Both the position numbers and the translations under genes were made by a program. DNA of 40,286 nucleotides, taken from positions 1 through 40,286 of the forward strand of contig JALOKO010000001.1 in assembly GCA_025456495.1 (NCBI GenBank). Reading direction: 5' to 3'. Below, one piece after another: positions 36,867-40,286 of the stretch. The notes beneath the pieces were generated by a model, which did not search any database, was not told where the DNA came from, and saw nothing but the letters and a program-made list of their open reading frames with translations. Position 1 is the stretch's first letter; the number at the start of each line of letters is the position of its first letter. The DNA is from Bryobacterales bacterium (GTDB taxonomy: Bacteria > Acidobacteriota > Terriglobia > Bryobacterales > Bryobacteraceae).

Positions 36867-37876
36867 CACGCACCTCCCTGCTTTCCCTTGGAGCTTTGCA
36901 GTGCGCGGTACCGCCTCCAGAATTCCCTGCTGGTTCGCAGGTGCTTGTCCTCCGCAAGAGCATGGCCCGCTGACCGAAACACTGTCAGCAACTGCTTTCC
37001 ATGGGTGGATTGACTCAACTCCACAATCGCCTTGACGAGGTCAGCCCGATAGCGGTGAGGCTTGATGGGAGTAGAAGTGACCCGATCCAACAATGGCGCC
37101 GACCGCGCAATCACGCGAAGCCTTTTCAATTGAGCATTCATCTCGCCTAGCAGTTGGAAGCTATGCTCATCCACCAGACAGGCATCGCCCTTCTTGAAGT
37201 AGACCGGCAGCACACAATCCTGCGGACGGTTTACCCGCTGCACACCGGCAAAGTGCTGCGTCATCTCCGCGAGGGATTGGTCAACCAGTTCCATCGTCAA
37301 CCACGCTACAGCGGTTCCAGACTGGAGCTTCGGATACAGCAGCAGCCGGGACTGTTGCAGATCCGCGAGGCTGTTTGCGGCGGACTCCGGATGGACCACG
37401 ACAATGTAGGAAGTTCGCGGGTCGTCTGTGCCGGAGAGCAGGTCCAGCACCAACGGCGCCACCATGCGTCTCTCTTCCAGCTCAAAGTACTCCGATACTT
37501 CCAGCAGCAAAACGTCTGCTTCGTCGCGCTCCAGCATCTGTCGCACTTCCCGCGTGCTGGAGGTTGGACGTACGCTGGATCGAATCGAGAAGCCGTATTC
37601 TTTGCCGATATAGTCAGCCCAGGTGGTGACGGCGGCGATGGCGTCGTTCCGGGATAAGGTCCCCAACATGCCGTCACTGATGATGACGTTCAGTCTGGTG
37701 CTCCGCAGGTTGGCGGCGGCGCTCGATTCCGCTGCGTGGGTTGCGTCGCCGATTCGCGTGGCGGATTGACCAAGGCCGAGCTGGGTAGTCATCGCCACCA
37801 ACAGGCTGAGCATTGGCAGCCAGCGCCACGCGCGCACCGCCCAGGCGGTCCTGGATTGTTGTCCGCTCATGGTCAT
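36866..37876 (-). CDS. PhnD-like (type 2 periplasmic binding fold) substrate-binding protein, paralog 3
   Basis: It has a Sec-type signal. Blocks shared with the two upstream paralogs include LNVIISDGMLGTLSRNDAIAAV, SLADLQQSRLLL, PQDCVLPVYFKKGDACLV, and LLGEMNAQLKRLRVIARS, which corresponds to L(G/T)ELNP(Q/K)LS in the other two. The ATG at 37876 overlaps the upstream TGA (ATGA). Confidence 0.65.
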   Translation of the reverse strand: MTMSGQQSRTAWAVRAWRWLPMLSLLVAMTTQLGLGQSATRIGDATHAAESSAAANLRSTRLNVIISDGMLGTLSRNDAIAAVTTWADYIGKEYGFSIRSSVRPTSSTREVRQMLERDEADVLLLEVSEYFELEERRMVAPLVLDLLSGTDDPRTSYIVVVHPESAANSLADLQQSRLLLYPKLQSGTAVAWLTMELVDQSLAEMTQHFAGVQRVNRPQDCVLPVYFKKGDACLVDEHSFQLLGEMNAQLKRLRVIARSAPLLDRVTSTPIKPHRYRADLVKAIVELSQSTHGKQLLTVFRSAGHALAEDKHLRTSREFWRRYRALQSSKGKQGGA

Positions 37877-38844
37877 GAAGTTGCTCCGCGCACGATGCCA
37901 TGCTCATCCTGCCAGCCCTTCGCTACTGCTTTGTCGATCAGGTCCATGGTTGGGTACATATGTGATGCATTGCGGATTCTCAGGTCCTGTAATTGGAATA
38001 GGCTGAGGACCTGCCTACCCGAGACGCTTTCGGCCATCAGGCTCATTGAACCGGCAAGAATCTGCTTGGCCTTGGGATGGGTTTGCTTGCTGAGTGCATA
38101 AGCGCCAGCCACCAGCTCCGGCGACGTTTCTATGGCAACCAGTTGTTTGGAGAGTTGGGGATTCAGTTCCCCCAAGGGAGACACCACGGGAGCGAGGATC
38201 AAGCATGCTTCGGCCTTGCGAAAAAACACGGAAAGGACGACCTGCTGGGGACGCGATGCGTGTTGGATGTCAGCGAAGAAGCGTGCTCCAACCGGCCCAC
38301 CATGAGGTACGGTGAGCAAATGGAGCCACGCCATGGCCGTGCTCATCCTGGGACTCTGGTGCACCATCAGCCGCTTGTTCTTCAGGTCGGCGATGCTCTG
38401 ATACCCCGCATCACGCCGCACAAGCACCTGTAACTGCTGGGTGCCGGTATAGGTTGGGCAGGCAAGGATGGACGGATCGAACATCGGGCGCAGCCTCCAA
38501 TACTCCACCGCGTTCAGAGCTGCGCTATCCAACGCTCCTGACTCCAGTTTGTGGGCGATCACCTCGAACCGTTCGAAGAACTCCGCGTTGATGTCCACAC
38601 GCGCCTGCACGTCCTGCATCACGCGGCTGATCCACACCTTCATGGCGGCCCGGGCGTCGTTCAGATTGGCTTCCCCCAACAGCGAGTCACTGATGGACAA
38701 TCTCAGGAAAGGCGCCGATGCCGCCACCTCTCTCCGTGCGATGCCCAAGCCCAACAGGGAGCGCATCAGCCAGGCTCTGCGGGAGGGGCTAGCAAGGCCA
38801 GCGACCGACGCTGTGTGATGTGGATTCCCGGCAAGCAGGCTCAT
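37873..38844 (-). CDS. PhnD-like substrate-binding protein, paralog 2
   Basis: Conserved blocks are LRLSISDSLLGEANLNDARAAMKVW, SIADLKNKRLMV, PQQVVLSVFFRKAEACLI and LGELNPQLSKQLVAIETSP. An RR-containing N-terminus (SRRAWLMRSLLGLG) is present. The ATG at 38844 overlaps the upstream TGA (ATGA). Confidence 0.65.
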   Translation of the reverse strand: MSLLAGNPHHTASVAGLASPSRRAWLMRSLLGLGIARREVAASAPFLRLSISDSLLGEANLNDARAAMKVWISRVMQDVQARVDINAEFFERFEVIAHKLESGALDSAALNAVEYWRLRPMFDPSILACPTYTGTQQLQVLVRRDAGYQSIADLKNKRLMVHQSPRMSTAMAWLHLLTVPHGGPVGARFFADIQHASRPQQVVLSVFFRKAEACLILAPVVSPLGELNPQLSKQLVAIETSPELVAGAYALSKQTHPKAKQILAGSMSLMAESVSGRQVLSLFQLQDLRIRNASHMYPTMDLIDKAVAKGWQDEHGIVRGATS

Positions 38845-39788
38845 GCGCTGCCCTCCTTGAGGATGCCTGCCTCGTCCGTCCAACCCAATCGGACGGCCTC
38901 GTCGATCAGCTTCATGGCCCCGTTCAGAACAGAAGTGTGTTGCTGCCGAAATCCCCGAACCTGGAACAGCGAGAGCACCAGCTTTCCCGATTCATGCGCC
39001 GACAGGGCGGCAAGCGCGTTGGCCAGGGCGTCGCGATACGCTCTCGGGCAGGCCACGCCGAACGCATATGCGCCGGGTTCCAGTGGCGGTGAAGTGGCGA
39101 CGATCAGCAGGTCGCGAGAGAGCTTCGGATTCAGCTCCGTCAGCGACTGCATTGCCGATTCCAGCACCAGGCCGCAGTCTGCCTGTCCGAAGTACACCGG
39201 CAGTACCACTTGCTGCGGCCGCTTCCAAAGACTGACTTCACCAAAGAACTTTCCGGCGGTGCGCTGCCGCAATGGCTGCGTAAGGATATGCAGCCACGGC
39301 GCGGCAAGACAGGTTTGCGGATTGCTCTGGACAAGCAATCGTTTCCCCATGAGATCCGCCAACGACTCCACGCCCTTGCCTCGGCGCGAAATCAGGAGAT
39401 AGCGCGGTTCCTCCTGATGCTCGGCCACCACCACGGTCGTGGGATCCAGCAGGGGACGAAGCTTCCAGTACTCCACGGCGCTGATGGCAACCGATTGCGC
39501 GATGCCGCTTCGCAACTGCGCTGAGATTGAGGGAAATGTAACGAACAGGTCCGCTTCCAGGTCGGCGGGAAGGAACAGTTGCTCCTTCAGACGCCGAATC
39601 CACACGCTCATTGCCGCTCGCGCGTCATTCTGATTGACATCACCAAACAGAGACTCTGAAATCGCGACGCGGATGTTGTGCCTTGCAGGCTCCGGCGCCG
39701 CCATCGCGGGAAGAGCAACGGCAAGACTGAGCAACTGCCGACGGTTCAGCACTGTGCCAGGCGGGCGAGTTGGAGCCAAGAGTGTCAT
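38841..39788 (-). CDS. PhnD-like substrate-binding protein, paralog 1
   Basis: Conserved blocks are IRVAISESLFGDVNQNDARAAMSVW, SLADLMGKRLLV, PQQVVLPVYFGQADCGLV and LTELNPKLSRDLLIVATSP. The N-terminus is Tat-like (NRRQLLSLAVALPAMAA). Confidence 0.65.
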   Translation of the reverse strand: MTLLAPTRPPGTVLNRRQLLSLAVALPAMAAPEPARHNIRVAISESLFGDVNQNDARAAMSVWIRRLKEQLFLPADLEADLFVTFPSISAQLRSGIAQSVAISAVEYWKLRPLLDPTTVVVAEHQEEPRYLLISRRGKGVESLADLMGKRLLVQSNPQTCLAAPWLHILTQPLRQRTAGKFFGEVSLWKRPQQVVLPVYFGQADCGLVLESAMQSLTELNPKLSRDLLIVATSPPLEPGAYAFGVACPRAYRDALANALAALSAHESGKLVLSLFQVRGFRQQHTSVLNGAMKLIDEAVRLGWTDEAGILKEGSA

Positions 39789-39821
39789 TGCGTTACCCGT
39801 TGCTGCGAGCGCCTGCGCGCC

Positions 39822-40286
39822 TTAGTCCAACAGCCCCAGCGCCTTCTGAAATTGCTTGCCAATCACCAGGGACATGCGCGATTCCACGGACAGCCGGTCA
39901 TAGCGCGTCTTCCAGTACTGCGCCGCGGCCAGTGATTCATATATTTGGGCGCGAATCACCTTTTCTGTCTCCACCAGTTCGCTTTCGTAGGCGCGCGCCG
40001 CCAGTTCACGGTTCTCCACAGCGGCCTCCATTGCACGCTGCGTTGCCTGCAAGGATTGCGTGACCGCGTCCAACTCCAGGAACAGATCGCGTACCTGCAG
40101 GCCAATGCCTTCCTTCAGCAGTACGCGCTCCTCCTTCAGCTTGTTGAGGCGGGCCCTTGCCTCAGCCACCTTATACTTCGTCAGGTTGCCATTGAAGAGA
40201 GGGATTTCCGCTCCCGCGCCCACCATCCAGCCCGCGCGGTTGGCCTGCGTAGAGGCACCGGCGTCGTAGCTGTTCCACCAGCGATG
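39822..40286 (-). CDS. TolC-family outer membrane protein, C-terminal part (the gene continues beyond the window end)
   Basis: The frame is open to position 40286. The sequence ..NRAGWMVGAGAEIPLFNGNLTKYKVAEARARLNKLKEE..ATQRAMEAAVENRELAARAYESELVE matches the OEP repeat pattern. The stop lies 33 nt upstream of paralog 1's start. Confidence 0.7.
   Translation of the reverse strand, partial: HRWWNSYDAGASTQANRAGWMVGAGAEIPLFNGNLTKYKVAEARARLNKLKEERVLLKEGIGLQVRDLFLELDAVTQSLQATQRAMEAAVENRELAARAYESELVETEKVIRAQIYESLAAAQYWKTRYDRLSVESRMSLVIGKQFQKALGLLD

Overview
This is a roughly 40 kb chromosomal segment that is high in GC, with densely packed genes on both strands. It most likely comes from an Acidobacteria-type genome. 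That placement rests on a VWFA-related protein of the acidobacterial type, a TonB-dependent receptor with a CarboxypepD_reg domain, and many secreted hypothetical proteins.

Genes I can recognise:
- An RND efflux pump (inner-membrane component).
- tRNA-Gln(CUG).
- A radical SAM/SPASM gene that has a repeat-encoded His-rich N-terminus and a broken reading frame.
- A GAF-ANTAR regulator whose ANTAR domain looks cut short.
- A LysR regulator, rfbD/rmlD, glgB and adenosine deaminase.
- A complete seven-gene efflux locus of the YbhGFSR type: MarR, TolC, HlyD, two ABC ATPases and two ABC-2 permeases.
- A SAM methyltransferase and a UbiD-family decarboxylase.
- A DUF4198-Kelch fusion protein lying divergent to a TonB-dependent receptor.
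- An arsR-arsC-acr3 arsenic operon.
- At the 3' end of the window, a minus-strand operon with a partial TolC-like gene, three paralogous PhnD-like periplasmic binding proteins and a HAMP histidine kinase. The last four genes have overlapping stop and start codons.

I saw no CRISPR array, rRNA, transposase, integrase or phage genes.

The most unusual locus is the triple binding-protein and kinase operon, which has no ABC permease, ATPase or response regulator in the window. Next are the DUF4198-Kelch/TonB receptor pair with its 636 bp intergenic region, the damaged radical SAM/ANTAR pair, and two unrelated 15 bp x4 tandem repeats.

All functional calls come from reading the supplied translations by eye for motifs. 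No database search was run.
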